Shown here: positions 9,352-19,433 of the stretch, one piece after another
Position numbering within the stretch: position 1 is the stretch's first letter
Layout: each line of letters opens with the position of its first letter
NCBI GenBank assembly: GCA_964534225.1
Contig: CAZHNW010000003.1
Location: forward strand, 27,224-91,223
Direction: 5' to 3'
Source: an uncultured Leptospirales bacterium
GTDB taxonomy: Bacteria > Spirochaetota > UBA4802 > UBA5550
DNA length: 64,000 nt
Position numbers and translations under genes: made by a program
The notes under the pieces: generated by a model
Seen by the model: the letters and a program-made list of their open reading frames with translations, nothing else
Databases searched by the model: none
Told to the model about the DNA's origin: nothing

Positions 9352-10542
9352 ATGAAAATTAGAGCAATCACCAGAGAGAAAAGGATACGGATCATCGGGG
9401 CGGTTATGCTCCTGGTCTTTCTGTTCTTTCCTTTTCATTTTGCCCTGTCTGAAAAGGGCTTTGCACTGTACAGGGTGAAGGGAAAAAAATATATCAGGCT
9501 CCAGGAACTGACCGGGAAATGCCGCATTGACACCGGCTATGATATTGAGACGGGACGTGTTAAACTCTACTACAGGGGTAACCGCGCTGTTATTCAGGGG
9601 GGGTATCGTTTTATAATTGTCAACCGTTCCCTTGTGCGCGGTCCTGACCCGGTTATCAGGAAGGGAGGAGAAATTTATCTTCCTGAAAAAATGGGGCTTG
9701 CCATTGTTAAGTCCTTTTTCCCGCGGTGTGTTCCCCGTAAAAAGGGAAAGGAGTATGTCCTGAAGGAAAAAGACCCCGCGGAAAGAAAGAAATCCACCAG
9801 GAAAAAAACAGATAACTTCCCCATAACATTTATTATTATCGATCCGGGGCATGGCGGTAAGGACCCCGGCGCTATTGGACAAGGTGGGCTGAAGGAAAAA
9901 AACATGACCCTGAAGATATCACGCCTGGTTCGCAGCAAGCTGAAGCAGCGCCTGAAAAACGTGCGTATTATCATGACCAGGAATTCTGACCGGTTTATTG
10001 AACTTTCGGGACGAACAGAAATGGCAAATAAGAGACTTCGGAAAAATAATAATGGTATTTTTCTGAGTATTCACATTAATGCCTCTATCTCACGAAGAAT
10101 ATCAGGGTATGAAACATACTTTCTTTCCCAGAATCCAACAAATGACGAGGCACGAAGTACGGCCGCTCTTGAAAATAATGTCATTGTCTATGAAAAGGGG
10201 AAAAATAAACGGGAAAAGTATGGTGATATCGAGTATATTGTTGCTCACATGATGACCACCCAGATTCAGCGGGAAAGTGCCATGCTCGCCGGGACGGTTC
10301 AGAAGGGGATGTCACGCATGAACAGGCGTTTTAAGTCCCGGGGCGTAAGAAAAGCGGATTTTTATGTCCTGCGCGGGGCTCTTATGCCGGCGGTTCTTAT
10401 TGAGGTTGGATTTATCACAAACAGGAAAGAGGCAAAATGGCTGACCCGCCGGTCTCACCAGGGGAAAATCGCCGAGGGTATTGCCAGGGGCGTGCTCGAT
10501 TTTTTGAAAAAATACAACCGTACCGTCAGGCGCGGGCGATAA
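9352..10542 (+). CDS. N-acetylmuramoyl-L-alanine amidase (Amidase_3)
   Basis: IIIDPGHGGKDPGA, EKNMTL, FLSIHIN, PAVLIEVGFITN zinc-amidase motifs. Confidence 0.93.
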   Translation: MKIRAITREKRIRIIGAVMLLVFLFFPFHFALSEKGFALYRVKGKKYIRLQELTGKCRIDTGYDIETGRVKLYYRGNRAVIQGGYRFIIVNRSLVRGPDPVIRKGGEIYLPEKMGLAIVKSFFPRCVPRKKGKEYVLKEKDPAERKKSTRKKTDNFPITFIIIDPGHGGKDPGAIGQGGLKEKNMTLKISRLVRSKLKQRLKNVRIIMTRNSDRFIELSGRTEMANKRLRKNNNGIFLSIHINASISRRISGYETYFLSQNPTNDEARSTAALENNVIVYEKGKNKREKYGDIEYIVAHMMTTQIQRESAMLAGTVQKGMSRMNRRFKSRGVRKADFYVLRGALMPAVLIEVGFITNRKEAKWLTRRSHQGKIAEGIARGVLDFLKKYNRTVRRGR

Positions 10543-10680
10543 AAGTTTAGCCCTTTAAACAGGATTTTCATTTGAAAATAACAAGTAATCTAAAAATAGT
10601 TTTCAGGTACAGTTTTTTCTGGACAACTGGGGCTAAATAATAATAGCTGTACTCACGTATCGCAGGAAGGTGACAGTATA

Positions 10681-11280
10681 ATGACCGAAGAAAATAAAGC
10701 TGCAGAAAAGAAGGGGCTGCCTTTCAGGGAAATTTACACCCGCATAAGAAAGAAAATGGAGAGTAACCCGAAGGAGAGAAGGCGTTTTTTTATACTTCTT
10801 TTCGGGGCTGTCTTTTTTCTCGACTACCTGATGTTTTGTTATCATGCAGATAAGAATGTATTTGATGTTATTCCTTCTCTTCCTCTTATGGAAGAATCGC
10901 GTGAGGTGACCCTTTACCTGCCATCCCCTGACGGGAAAACGATTATTAAAGAAAAAAGACAAATCGGCACCTTCCCCGCAGAGGAGAAATATGCCGCAGT
11001 ACTTCTTGCAATGGTGGTGCGGGGTTCTGAGAAAGAGAATACATCGATGGCGGTACCGGTTAAATTAAAGCTGCGACGTGTCTGGATAAACAGGGAGGAA
11101 GGTCAGTGTGTTTATGATTTCGACCCCATCCTTGTTTCCGATGATACAAAGATTGTGGCGGGGTCCGAAAAACTTTTCAGAGAGAGTCTTAAAAAAACCG
11201 TCAGGGCCAATCTTCCTTCAATTAAAGAAATGTATCTTCTCGAGAGGGGGGTGCCCGGCAGAAAACTCTGGGAAATGTAA
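10681..11280 (+). CDS. membrane-anchored GerMN-like protein
   Basis: TM helix followed by VTLYLPSPDGK..IIKEKR, typical of GerMN; position after an amidase fits spirochaete gene order. Confidence 0.55.
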   Translation: MTEENKAAEKKGLPFREIYTRIRKKMESNPKERRRFFILLFGAVFFLDYLMFCYHADKNVFDVIPSLPLMEESREVTLYLPSPDGKTIIKEKRQIGTFPAEEKYAAVLLAMVVRGSEKENTSMAVPVKLKLRRVWINREEGQCVYDFDPILVSDDTKIVAGSEKLFRESLKKTVRANLPSIKEMYLLERGVPGRKLWEM

Positions 11281-11323
11281 ATGGTAACATGCAGGAGGCC
11301 CTGCAGTGAGAACCTTTCTTTTC

Positions 11324-12163
11324 TCAGCCCGGCCAGTTCCCTTCAAAGACTTCTACGGCAGGTCCTGTTAGAAAAACATGATTTGAATCTTCATCCCATT
11401 CAAGGGTGAGGTCGCCCCCCCGCAGAGAAATGTTCAACTTCCTTTCACCCTGTTCAGTAAGAACTGACGCGACTGTGACCGCAGAGGCCCCGGTACCGCA
11501 GGCAAGGGTCTCCCCGCTTCCCCTTTCCCAGGTGCGCTGGCGGAAGTTTTTTTTGTCAACTTTCTGTACGAATTCAACATTTGTCCGCTGGGGGAAAAGG
11601 TCATGGTTCTCGATCATGGGGCCGTATTTTTCCACGGGGAAGTTGTCCAGATCTTCCACGAAAATAATCACGTGAGGGTTGCCCATACTGACAGAAGTTA
11701 TTTCGAAATGGGTGCCATCAATCAGTTGAATTTCTTCGCTGACCACCATTCCCGCTTCACCGATCATGGGGATTTTATCCCTTCTGAGAATGGGTTCGCC
11801 CATGTCTACCGTGACCCGGCTGACTGCGCCGCCGCGAACTGTCATGTCCAGTTCCTTGATGCCGGCGAGGGTCTCGACTGTGATTTTTTTCTTTTCTGTC
11901 AGGCTATGGTCATAGACATATTTGCCGAAACAGCGGATCCCGTTGCCGCACATTTCAGCCTCAGAGCCGTCGGCGTTAAACATACGCATTCTAAAATCTG
12001 CTTTTTTCGATTTCATTATCAGAATGAGCCCGTCAGAGCCGATGCCATAGTTGCGGTGGCTCATCTCAATGGCGAGTTGTTCAGGTTTTTTTAATGTGCC
12101 TTTCCGGTTGTCGATATAAATATAATCATTGCCTGTTCCGTGCATCTTGGTAAAATGTATCAT
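11324..12163 (-). CDS. dapF: diaminopimelate epimerase
   Basis: FTKMHGTGNDY, GSDGL, EMCGNGIRC, GNPH, NVEF, ERGSGETLACGTGA. Start trimmed to ATG 12163. Confidence 0.97.
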   Translation of the reverse strand: MIHFTKMHGTGNDYIYIDNRKGTLKKPEQLAIEMSHRNYGIGSDGLILIMKSKKADFRMRMFNADGSEAEMCGNGIRCFGKYVYDHSLTEKKKITVETLAGIKELDMTVRGGAVSRVTVDMGEPILRRDKIPMIGEAGMVVSEEIQLIDGTHFEITSVSMGNPHVIIFVEDLDNFPVEKYGPMIENHDLFPQRTNVEFVQKVDKKNFRQRTWERGSGETLACGTGASAVTVASVLTEQGERKLNISLRGGDLTLEWDEDSNHVFLTGPAVEVFEGNWPG

Positions 12164-12358
12164 TTTTCGTGTGCCCCCGTGCGGGTTAGAATACCGGATT
12201 GACGGCTCCCGTGAAGCGGCAGGGTGCCGTTTCACGACGCAGTTACTCTACGTTCCACGGAGCTTTTTGTAAAGTGTAAATTTATTTTGAACAGTAATAT
12301 ACTTCTTCTTTCGTTGTGGCGGGGGGAAGTTTATCCGATAATAGGAATGAGATAAAAC

Positions 12359-13192
12359 GTGATGAAGAAACTGAGACTCTACATGTATCCTCCCCTGTTT
12401 CTTGTGATGACACTCGCGGTGTGTCTTGCTATTTACGGGAATACCAGGGGAATTGTCCTGAAGGGTGAAATGCACTGGAAAGAAAAGGAGAAGGAAGTCA
12501 TTTCCCGTCTCCTGGCGGTTCCTGTACTTCTGTATCACAATATCGATGGAAAGGGGCCTTTTTCTGTCAGTATGGAAGTTTTAAGACAGCAGTTTCAGAT
12601 GATAAAGGATAGAAATATCCAGGTAATACCACTTGGAAAACTTGTTGAACGCCTGGAAAACCCGCGTCCCTTCAGGAACAGGGTGCTGGTGATCACCTTT
12701 GACGACGGGTACCCTGCCATGTATACCCGTCTTTTGCCCCTGGCGCAGGAATTTAATTTTCCTGTTACACTTTTTGTCTATACCGACTTTATCACGACGA
12801 GGGGCAAAAGAGCCCTGACATGGAAAAAGCTTCGGGAAATGGATCGTTCCCTCATCGATATACAGTGTCATACCATATCACATGCTGACCTGACAAAAGT
12901 CAGTGCCAGCAAAGATCCTGAACGCTACAGAAAACTTTATCATGAAATCTATGCATCAAAAAAAGTCATTGAATTGAGACTTGACAAGAGAATCGAATAT
13001 TTTGCCTTTCCCTATGGTCGGTATAATCGTGAAATTATTTCCCTGGCGCAGGATGCGGGGTATACACGGGCATTTTCTACTGATTATGGGAGCAATATTA
13101 TAACCCGTGATAATTACTGCCTTAAAAGACAGCACATCAAGAAAGATTACAGTATGGACTTTTTCGAAAAACTTATTCAACAGGTCCGGTAA
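12359..13192 (+). CDS. polysaccharide deacetylase (NodB/CE4)
   Basis: PVLLYH, ITFDDGY, CHTISHADL, FAFPYG. Confidence 0.9.
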   Translation: MMKKLRLYMYPPLFLVMTLAVCLAIYGNTRGIVLKGEMHWKEKEKEVISRLLAVPVLLYHNIDGKGPFSVSMEVLRQQFQMIKDRNIQVIPLGKLVERLENPRPFRNRVLVITFDDGYPAMYTRLLPLAQEFNFPVTLFVYTDFITTRGKRALTWKKLREMDRSLIDIQCHTISHADLTKVSASKDPERYRKLYHEIYASKKVIELRLDKRIEYFAFPYGRYNREIISLAQDAGYTRAFSTDYGSNIITRDNYCLKRQHIKKDYSMDFFEKLIQQVR

Positions 13193-13338
13193 AGAGACTA
13201 TAAAAATTTTCTTGACATGATGATGGATTAATTATTTTATTTAATGCTCTACGTGTACTTTTTCAGTACGCTTTTTTCTTTCATGTGAGTAAAAATATAA
13301 TTTTCAGGACAGAATGTGTTAAAGGGGAGTCTTTATCG

Positions 13339-14082
13339 ATGAGGAGACGTATATCTTTATCTCTAATTTTATCACTGGTGATTTCTATTGTACTCGTGCT
13401 GCCGCTTCTGGCAGCTGAAAAAATTATAGTTGATAACAAGTATATTCAGCAGCATCGTGGGCATGATGGCATCTGGAAAAAAATTGAATCAAAAGGGCAG
13501 ATTTACTATTATCTGAAGAAGACGGGGGGGGCCGTAAAGGATTTTCTGACCCTCAACGATGGGAAAATGCCCCGCAGGGGATATGTTTTCATTCCCTGTT
13601 CGGAAGACTATAAGAAAAAAATGGCAGGTGTGGGACACGAAAGGCGTAAACTGTTTTCCAGGGATGAAGAGTTTATCTGGCCTCTCAATACTGTAGAGAC
13701 AATCAGTTCACATTTTGGCCTGCGCTGGGGAGAACTGCATACCGGGGTGGATATGCCCGCTGCAAAGGGGACTCCTATTGTGGCAGCCATGGATGGAAAG
13801 GTCGTTTACGCAGGATATGCCGGGGGACATGGCAGGACCCTTCTTGTTCAGCATCGAAATAATTTTTATACCCGCTATTCGCATAATTCTGCCATGCTGG
13901 TGAAAAAGGGTGATTATGTTCGCAAGGGACAGGTTATTGCCTTTGTGGGCAGTACCGGCAACAGTACAGGAAACCATCTTCATTTCGAAATCCGGTATAA
14001 CGAGGTTCCCCTTAATCCCATGGATTTTCTTCCCCAGAAAAACCATCTGCGCAAGGTTCATCTTTTTCGAAAATTAAAGTAG
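13339..14082 (+). CDS. M23 family peptidoglycan endopeptidase
   Basis: HTGVD, TRYSHN, STGNSTGNHLHFEIR; signal peptide; ATG 13339 with GGGGAG RBS. Confidence 0.9.
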   Translation: MRRRISLSLILSLVISIVLVLPLLAAEKIIVDNKYIQQHRGHDGIWKKIESKGQIYYYLKKTGGAVKDFLTLNDGKMPRRGYVFIPCSEDYKKKMAGVGHERRKLFSRDEEFIWPLNTVETISSHFGLRWGELHTGVDMPAAKGTPIVAAMDGKVVYAGYAGGHGRTLLVQHRNNFYTRYSHNSAMLVKKGDYVRKGQVIAFVGSTGNSTGNHLHFEIRYNEVPLNPMDFLPQKNHLRKVHLFRKLK

Positions 14083-14143
14083 AATGAAAATGAGCATCTC
14101 GTCCGAAACCGGGATCCGGAGTTAAAATATTAAATGAAATCAT

Positions 14144-14182
14144 AAAAAAAAGGAGTGTCCCCAAAGGGCACCCCCATTTTTT
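14144..14182. terminator. probable bidirectional intrinsic terminator
   Basis: A-run, GTGTCC/GGGCAC stem, T-run, between convergent genes. Confidence 0.55.
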
Positions 14183-14202
14183 ATGAGTTTGTTATTTTTA
14201 AC

Positions 14203-15111
14203 TTATTTCTTGCTGTTCTCTTCTATTTTTTTAAAATTCGGGTCAACAACACGATAGATGTCATCGATCATTTCCTTGATTTCGTCCTCTTTGGGAAACT
14301 GTTTTTTAATGATCTCACCTTCTTCCGGGGTGCCATAGTAGGCATCGTGGGCGAGTTTGCCTATCAGGTTTTTAATATTTTCCTGGCTGTTGTTGTAGAT
14401 GAAGATGATATTCGCCCCGGATTTGAAACCCCAGTGAAATCCATCAGGGATATTTACTGTAAAGGTTTCGGTAATGTTGTCACCATCGGCATCTTCGGCA
14501 AAATAAATGGTCTCATCAATGGTCTTTCCCGTTACCGATGTATAGTATTTTGTGGGGCCCGTGTCATATACTTTTTTCGGCAGGGGGCGCCTTCTGACAA
14601 AGAGGCCGGATAAGCGTCGATTTATCATCAGCGTCTTGAAGATATTAACATGCCGCTTGATGAATTTGTCCCGGACATTTGTAAAAAAATCACCAAAATT
14701 GTTTGTAACGAACTCCTGGTTGACGTTTTTCAAGACCTCGACACGGCGGTCGGTAATCCGTATGTAGTCGGGCTTGTTATCAATTTTATTTTTCCAGAGG
14801 TCAGGGATGAGACGATTTTCCATTTCAAGGATAAGGCGTTGTGTCGATACATTGGATGGTTCATCGTGGCCGTCTCTGAAAAGATACATCTTACGGTCCT
14901 TGACGATGAGCAGGCATGAAATTGAATTATCAAAACGGGTTGATATATCCTTTTCAATATGCTGATAGGCGATGCGGTCCTCATCGTATCGGGAAACTTT
15001 TTCGATTTCAATAACTTTAAAGGGAATAGTCGTTGAATTGACAGCGGTGAACTGAAATATAAACATCAGTGCCACCAGCAGGGTAATGCTTTTTAATATT
15101 TTCTGGACCAT
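14203..15111 (-). CDS. hypothetical exported protein
   Basis: About 300-aa ORF with signal peptide; ATG 15111 preceded by GGAGG. Confidence 0.7.
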   Translation of the reverse strand: MVQKILKSITLLVALMFIFQFTAVNSTTIPFKVIEIEKVSRYDEDRIAYQHIEKDISTRFDNSISCLLIVKDRKMYLFRDGHDEPSNVSTQRLILEMENRLIPDLWKNKIDNKPDYIRITDRRVEVLKNVNQEFVTNNFGDFFTNVRDKFIKRHVNIFKTLMINRRLSGLFVRRRPLPKKVYDTGPTKYYTSVTGKTIDETIYFAEDADGDNITETFTVNIPDGFHWGFKSGANIIFIYNNSQENIKNLIGKLAHDAYYGTPEEGEIIKKQFPKEDEIKEMIDDIYRVVDPNFKKIEENSKK

Positions 15112-15279
15112 CGTTCGTTCCTCCATGAGCTTCTATGCTGATACATGGCACCTGGGGCTTCCTCTCCTTCCTGTACCATGTTAATAGGGATACAATTTTT
15201 ATAGCCATTTGTCAAATATTTTATCGCTACATGGTAAAATAAGGCTTTAGTAAGGGAAAAATATAAAAATCGGGGACAC

Positions 15280-16542
15280 CTATTCTTTTTCGTTTTTGCG
15301 TGATTCGCGACGCCATTTTGCCTGGTCTACCTTTGTCCAGCTCTCAACGACATGACGGGAGAGTATTTCTTCCCGTGACGCCTGTTTTTGCGGTTTCTTT
15401 TTCTTTTTTTCTGTAGTTTTTTTGCGGTGTTTCATACGGGCATGTTTCTCACTCAGGTATTTAGCGGTAAGGGATTTTTCTCCATCAATAAAGTCATCAA
15501 GGTATGTTTTGCCCTCTTTTCCTGACGCAATAAGCCCGTTAAGTGACATAAGACGTTTGCGGTTGATGATATCTCCCTGCAGTATGCCGGTAAGATGGTC
15601 ATTTCTGCCATTCAGGGCGGCAAAAATTCCTGTCAGGGCTGCCAGGGTGGAAGTTTCTCCCCCCATTGAGGCTGCCACGGGCAGGATATTTGAAGAATCA
15701 GCGTTTTTTTTCGTGGCAAGGAAAAGGGCAAAGGGGATAAGGGCGAGGGGATTATTTACCGTCGCCCGCGTGACAGGTGTTTTCAGGGTTTTGTTGACTT
15801 CCCCGCAAATCACCTCTTCACATTCATGGAGACTTTGAATTTTATGAAGGCGGTGAATGATATTTTCGTAGTTTTCAAGGGCGGTATCGATATAGTCAGG
15901 GTTGATTTTCAGGTCGAAAATGCAGCCCGGGTTTTCTTTGCAGAATGTACGGAGAAATTCAACAGTTTCGCGGGCTCCTGGAATGATTGCGTCTTTCTCT
16001 AAGGCGGTATTGCTGAGGGCAGAAAAAATCAGATCGCAAATGAGGGCACTGCCGGTAATAGCTTCGGCGTCGGCAGTAATGGAAGCCATAAAATCAAGTA
16101 CCGCCCGGAGAAGGGCATCCCTCTTGCGGATGTACAGGGCAAGGGCTAAAGAAGGGAAGAGTATGCGCGCACCTGAGATGTTTTCACTTTCTCCCATGCC
16201 GGTTATTATTGATCCTTCAGATCGATCAGGGTTTCTGAAGATGCCGAAATCGTTTTCCGTACTGGCGGGAGTGGAGCGGATTGTTTTGATAAAAAGGCCG
16301 GGAGAAAGCCCCCGGCGGTCCGCCAGGAGGCAGGCGATAAGAGACATCTGTGTTATAGAAGTGTAGAGTCCCGGCATGATCCAGCGTTCTTCTTTTCCCT
16401 TCAGGGCCGGGGCGGCATCGACATAGGTTTCAATACGGGGGAAGTGGTTCTTTATATGGCCCCTGCTCATACCGCTTAAAGGGGCTCCCAGAGCGTCTCC
16501 TGTTTCAAGGCTGATGAGGATATTTTCTATCATGTTTTTCAT
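15280..16542 (-). CDS. ADP-ribosylglycohydrolase-fold protein with degenerate active site and basic C-terminal tail
   Basis: GDALGAP and GGETSTLAALTG resemble the ARH family, but TDD is replaced by TSI and DTD by ETS. Confidence 0.75.
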   Translation of the reverse strand: MKNMIENILISLETGDALGAPLSGMSRGHIKNHFPRIETYVDAAPALKGKEERWIMPGLYTSITQMSLIACLLADRRGLSPGLFIKTIRSTPASTENDFGIFRNPDRSEGSIITGMGESENISGARILFPSLALALYIRKRDALLRAVLDFMASITADAEAITGSALICDLIFSALSNTALEKDAIIPGARETVEFLRTFCKENPGCIFDLKINPDYIDTALENYENIIHRLHKIQSLHECEEVICGEVNKTLKTPVTRATVNNPLALIPFALFLATKKNADSSNILPVAASMGGETSTLAALTGIFAALNGRNDHLTGILQGDIINRKRLMSLNGLIASGKEGKTYLDDFIDGEKSLTAKYLSEKHARMKHRKKTTEKKKKKPQKQASREEILSRHVVESWTKVDQAKWRRESRKNEKE

Positions 16543-16744
16543 GGGGGTGATCTATTTTCGATTTTTGTATAAAATAGCCCTTCATTTTAAATAGTAAAGA
16601 TAAAATTATTGCATTTATAGAAAATTTTTGAATAATATTAGCATCAGATGCCCTCCCGCAGGGTAGAATACATAGATAATCATAGATAATTAAGAAATGT
16701 TATCTTCACGATAAAAAGGACAAGACAGGCAAAGGAGGCCCACG

Positions 16745-17833
16745 GTGAAAAAAATCCTGGTAATTTTCATGGTTGTACTGATTTCCCTTATAGGGGGATG
16801 CCTGAAAGAAGACGTTGATGAATATGCAACCTTCAGCTTTCTCCTGGGTGATGTAACCAGGAATGATGCAGAGGTCAGTATTGGTGACATCGTGAAGGAG
16901 AAGGATAAGATCAAAACGGGAAGCAACTCTTTCTGTGATATACGTATTGGCGGCTCCATTATCCGCATCAAGGAAAAATCAACGGTGACCATGTCACATT
17001 TGATTCGCAAGGGTAATGTCGAAGATACGACACTTGGCCTTTCCATGGGAAAAATGCTCTGCAAACCGAAAAAACTTTTAAAATCTGAAAAATTTATTGT
17101 AAAGACCCCGACTGCGGTTGCCGGTGTCAGGGGAACACGCTTTATTGTGGAGACGGACAGTAAAAAAACAACGCGTATAAAAGTCTATAATGGCAGGGTA
17201 AAGGTTGCCCGGAGGATCAGGCAGTTTGACACAAACGTGGAAAAGGTCCTTGAGGTGGCTCCTGTTCTCGAAGAGGAAAGAAAAGTTGTTATCACCCGTG
17301 ACGAAGTAGCAAAGGCGGAAAAAACCGTTGAAAAGGCGCTTAAAGCGGAAAAGGCAAAAAAACCTGATGATGCCATTGCTGCATTGATCGATAAATCGAA
17401 GAAGGAAATAGCTGTTCCCGCCAGGGCAATTGAGAGGTTCAGGGCTGCTGACTTCCAGAAAGAAAAGAAAGAAATCATTGATGTTAAACCGAAACCCCCT
17501 GTGGTGATCAGAAAGATCAGGAAAGTAATTAAAGAAGAGAAAAAGCTGCCTAAACCTGACGGTCGACTCCTGGTTACCCGTTACGAGATATATTTTATCA
17601 AGGGGGGGAAGGTCATGTGGGAAGGGCCTGTTGTCAAGGGGCCAATAAGAAAGGATAAGAGAATATACATTGCTTCAGGCAATTATGTTTTCTGTGCCGA
17701 CAGTGATGGTCCTGTACTCTGGCGGAAAAAGATACCAAACAAAGGTAAAGTAGAGCTGAGCGATAAGGGGCTTGTTGTTCATACCCCCAAAGGGTCTCTT
17801 CTGCTTGATCCTGATACCGGGCAGCGGCAGTAG
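16745..17833 (+). CDS. FecR-domain lipoprotein (LipL45-like)
   Basis: Lipobox LIGGC; FecR motifs DKIKTG and VKTPTAVAGVRGTRF; GTG start with GGAGG. Confidence 0.8.
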   Translation: MKKILVIFMVVLISLIGGCLKEDVDEYATFSFLLGDVTRNDAEVSIGDIVKEKDKIKTGSNSFCDIRIGGSIIRIKEKSTVTMSHLIRKGNVEDTTLGLSMGKMLCKPKKLLKSEKFIVKTPTAVAGVRGTRFIVETDSKKTTRIKVYNGRVKVARRIRQFDTNVEKVLEVAPVLEEERKVVITRDEVAKAEKTVEKALKAEKAKKPDDAIAALIDKSKKEIAVPARAIERFRAADFQKEKKEIIDVKPKPPVVIRKIRKVIKEEKKLPKPDGRLLVTRYEIYFIKGGKVMWEGPVVKGPIRKDKRIYIASGNYVFCADSDGPVLWRKKIPNKGKVELSDKGLVVHTPKGSLLLDPDTGQRQ

Positions 17834-18011
17834 CTGCCGCCCGGTTGAGCATTACGGAGGGGGAACAGGCCTGAAGTTTTCTGTGTGACCAGTATTTTTC
17901 ACCTTTTTTCTCTGGACAAATAAGAGAAAAATTGTCTTTTTAAGATAAAACTGACTTGATTAATATTTCCTTTTTTTTTATTCTACTGACGCAAATAATC
18001 AGGAGGACATT

Positions 18012-18761
18012 TTGAAAAAGTCATCTATCCTTTCTCTTTTAATATTTTTTTTATTTTGTCTGTCCCTTATGGTCTCTGAAGGCTGGAGCCGCACTAAAAG
18101 GCCGATTCAATCCAATATCGCCAGGGGACAGTATATCCCAAAGATTCCTGTTAAAATCACTGATTTGAGGAATCTTCCTGTCCCCAGTACTAATGAAGAT
18201 TATGCCTTTATCCAGTCTATCGATAAGCTCACCAATATTGTGCTGGGTAAATTCATGAGTGGACGCAGGGAAATCGTTCTGATACAGGACAAGAATGCTG
18301 ATGGAAAAGTTGATCTTGTTGTACAATACTTTGTGGATAAAAAAAGGTACCGCTACAGTTCACGCCCCTCAGCCCATTATTCAAAAGAAAAATTCAGGCA
18401 GCTGAAAGATGATATCATCAATGGGAAGCGAAACGGCATAGCGCCTAATAAAGAGGGACGTGCTTATATTAAGGTGCTCGAACAGGATGCTGACCGGATT
18501 CGCCGCTGGAAGAATGGATATCGTGTATTCATGCTGGACCCTGATGATGACCGTTCAGCCCGTGTTACTTTTTTCTTTTCAACCAGTAATGATGGAGCAG
18601 ATCTTGTTTTCGAGGTGAAGTATCGGCACCAGGGGGTCGCGCGCATCAGTCCCATCATCAATTTCGGTGTCTACTGTAAAAACAGTAAAGATCCTTATCT
18701 GAAAAAGATAACCGCCGATCTTATCAAAGAAGCCAAGAAATATGTTCCCGTGGGGGACTGA
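18012..18761 (+). CDS. hypothetical exported protein
   Basis: TTG start with AGGAGG RBS; signal peptide; DKNADG loop. Confidence 0.7.
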   Translation: MKKSSILSLLIFFLFCLSLMVSEGWSRTKRPIQSNIARGQYIPKIPVKITDLRNLPVPSTNEDYAFIQSIDKLTNIVLGKFMSGRREIVLIQDKNADGKVDLVVQYFVDKKRYRYSSRPSAHYSKEKFRQLKDDIINGKRNGIAPNKEGRAYIKVLEQDADRIRRWKNGYRVFMLDPDDDRSARVTFFFSTSNDGADLVFEVKYRHQGVARISPIINFGVYCKNSKDPYLKKITADLIKEAKKYVPVGD

Positions 18762-18974
18762 TAATCCAGGTAAATCCAGAGGGGTGTGTTTTTTCCCGGG
18801 AATCAGGGGATATCTTTGAAAATTTGGTAACCCTGATTCTTATGGATCCTACTGTGACAGGGGAATGTCGTGATATGTATGAATCCTGTTTCCCTGTATT
18901 AAGTTAAATCGTGGAAAACCAGTATATAATCCCGCCGGTAATGACGTTGCGGCGGGATTATTGTTAGCAGGGCC

Positions 18975-19424
18975 ATGAAAGAAATTCTTGTTCTGTCTCT
19001 TATCTTTTTGCTTGAATTTTCCATTGCCGTTCACATCCGGTATATGGTTGGCTATATCTCCACTAAATTAAACAAGCATTTCCGTGGCTTTATCATTACC
19101 ACCTTTACCAATATTGTCTGTGCCATGGTAATGACCGTTGTCGTTTTTACCAGTCCCGGTGTTGTGGCCAGACTTGATGTTGATTTCATTCTTCTTTTAC
19201 AGGCGGGTGTTGTCTTTATCACACTGCTTCTGTTGAAAATAAAGATAGCCATCCAGATTGTCCGCAGGACCAGGGATCCTGAATATTACCATCTCAACTA
19301 TTTCGGCAAGAAAATATACGAAGGCCCAGTGGTAACCAAGGGGGAGCTGGCTTTTTATTTTTTGAGCATGCCCTTTACCCTCCTGGCCGGGGCGTACTTT
19401 GTCACCAGGGTATCTTCTCTCTAA
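18975..19424 (+). CDS. hypothetical integral membrane protein (about 4 TM)
   Basis: Four hydrophobic segments; no family recognised. Confidence 0.7.
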   Translation: MKEILVLSLIFLLEFSIAVHIRYMVGYISTKLNKHFRGFIITTFTNIVCAMVMTVVVFTSPGVVARLDVDFILLLQAGVVFITLLLLKIKIAIQIVRRTRDPEYYHLNYFGKKIYEGPVVTKGELAFYFLSMPFTLLAGAYFVTRVSSL

Positions 19425-19433
19425 CAGTAAGGG

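Noticed and set aside
17817-17844. GC hairpin centred on the stop codon of the FecR lipoprotein gene
   Set aside because: No U-tract and no second copy; most simply a 3' stabilising or terminator hairpin.
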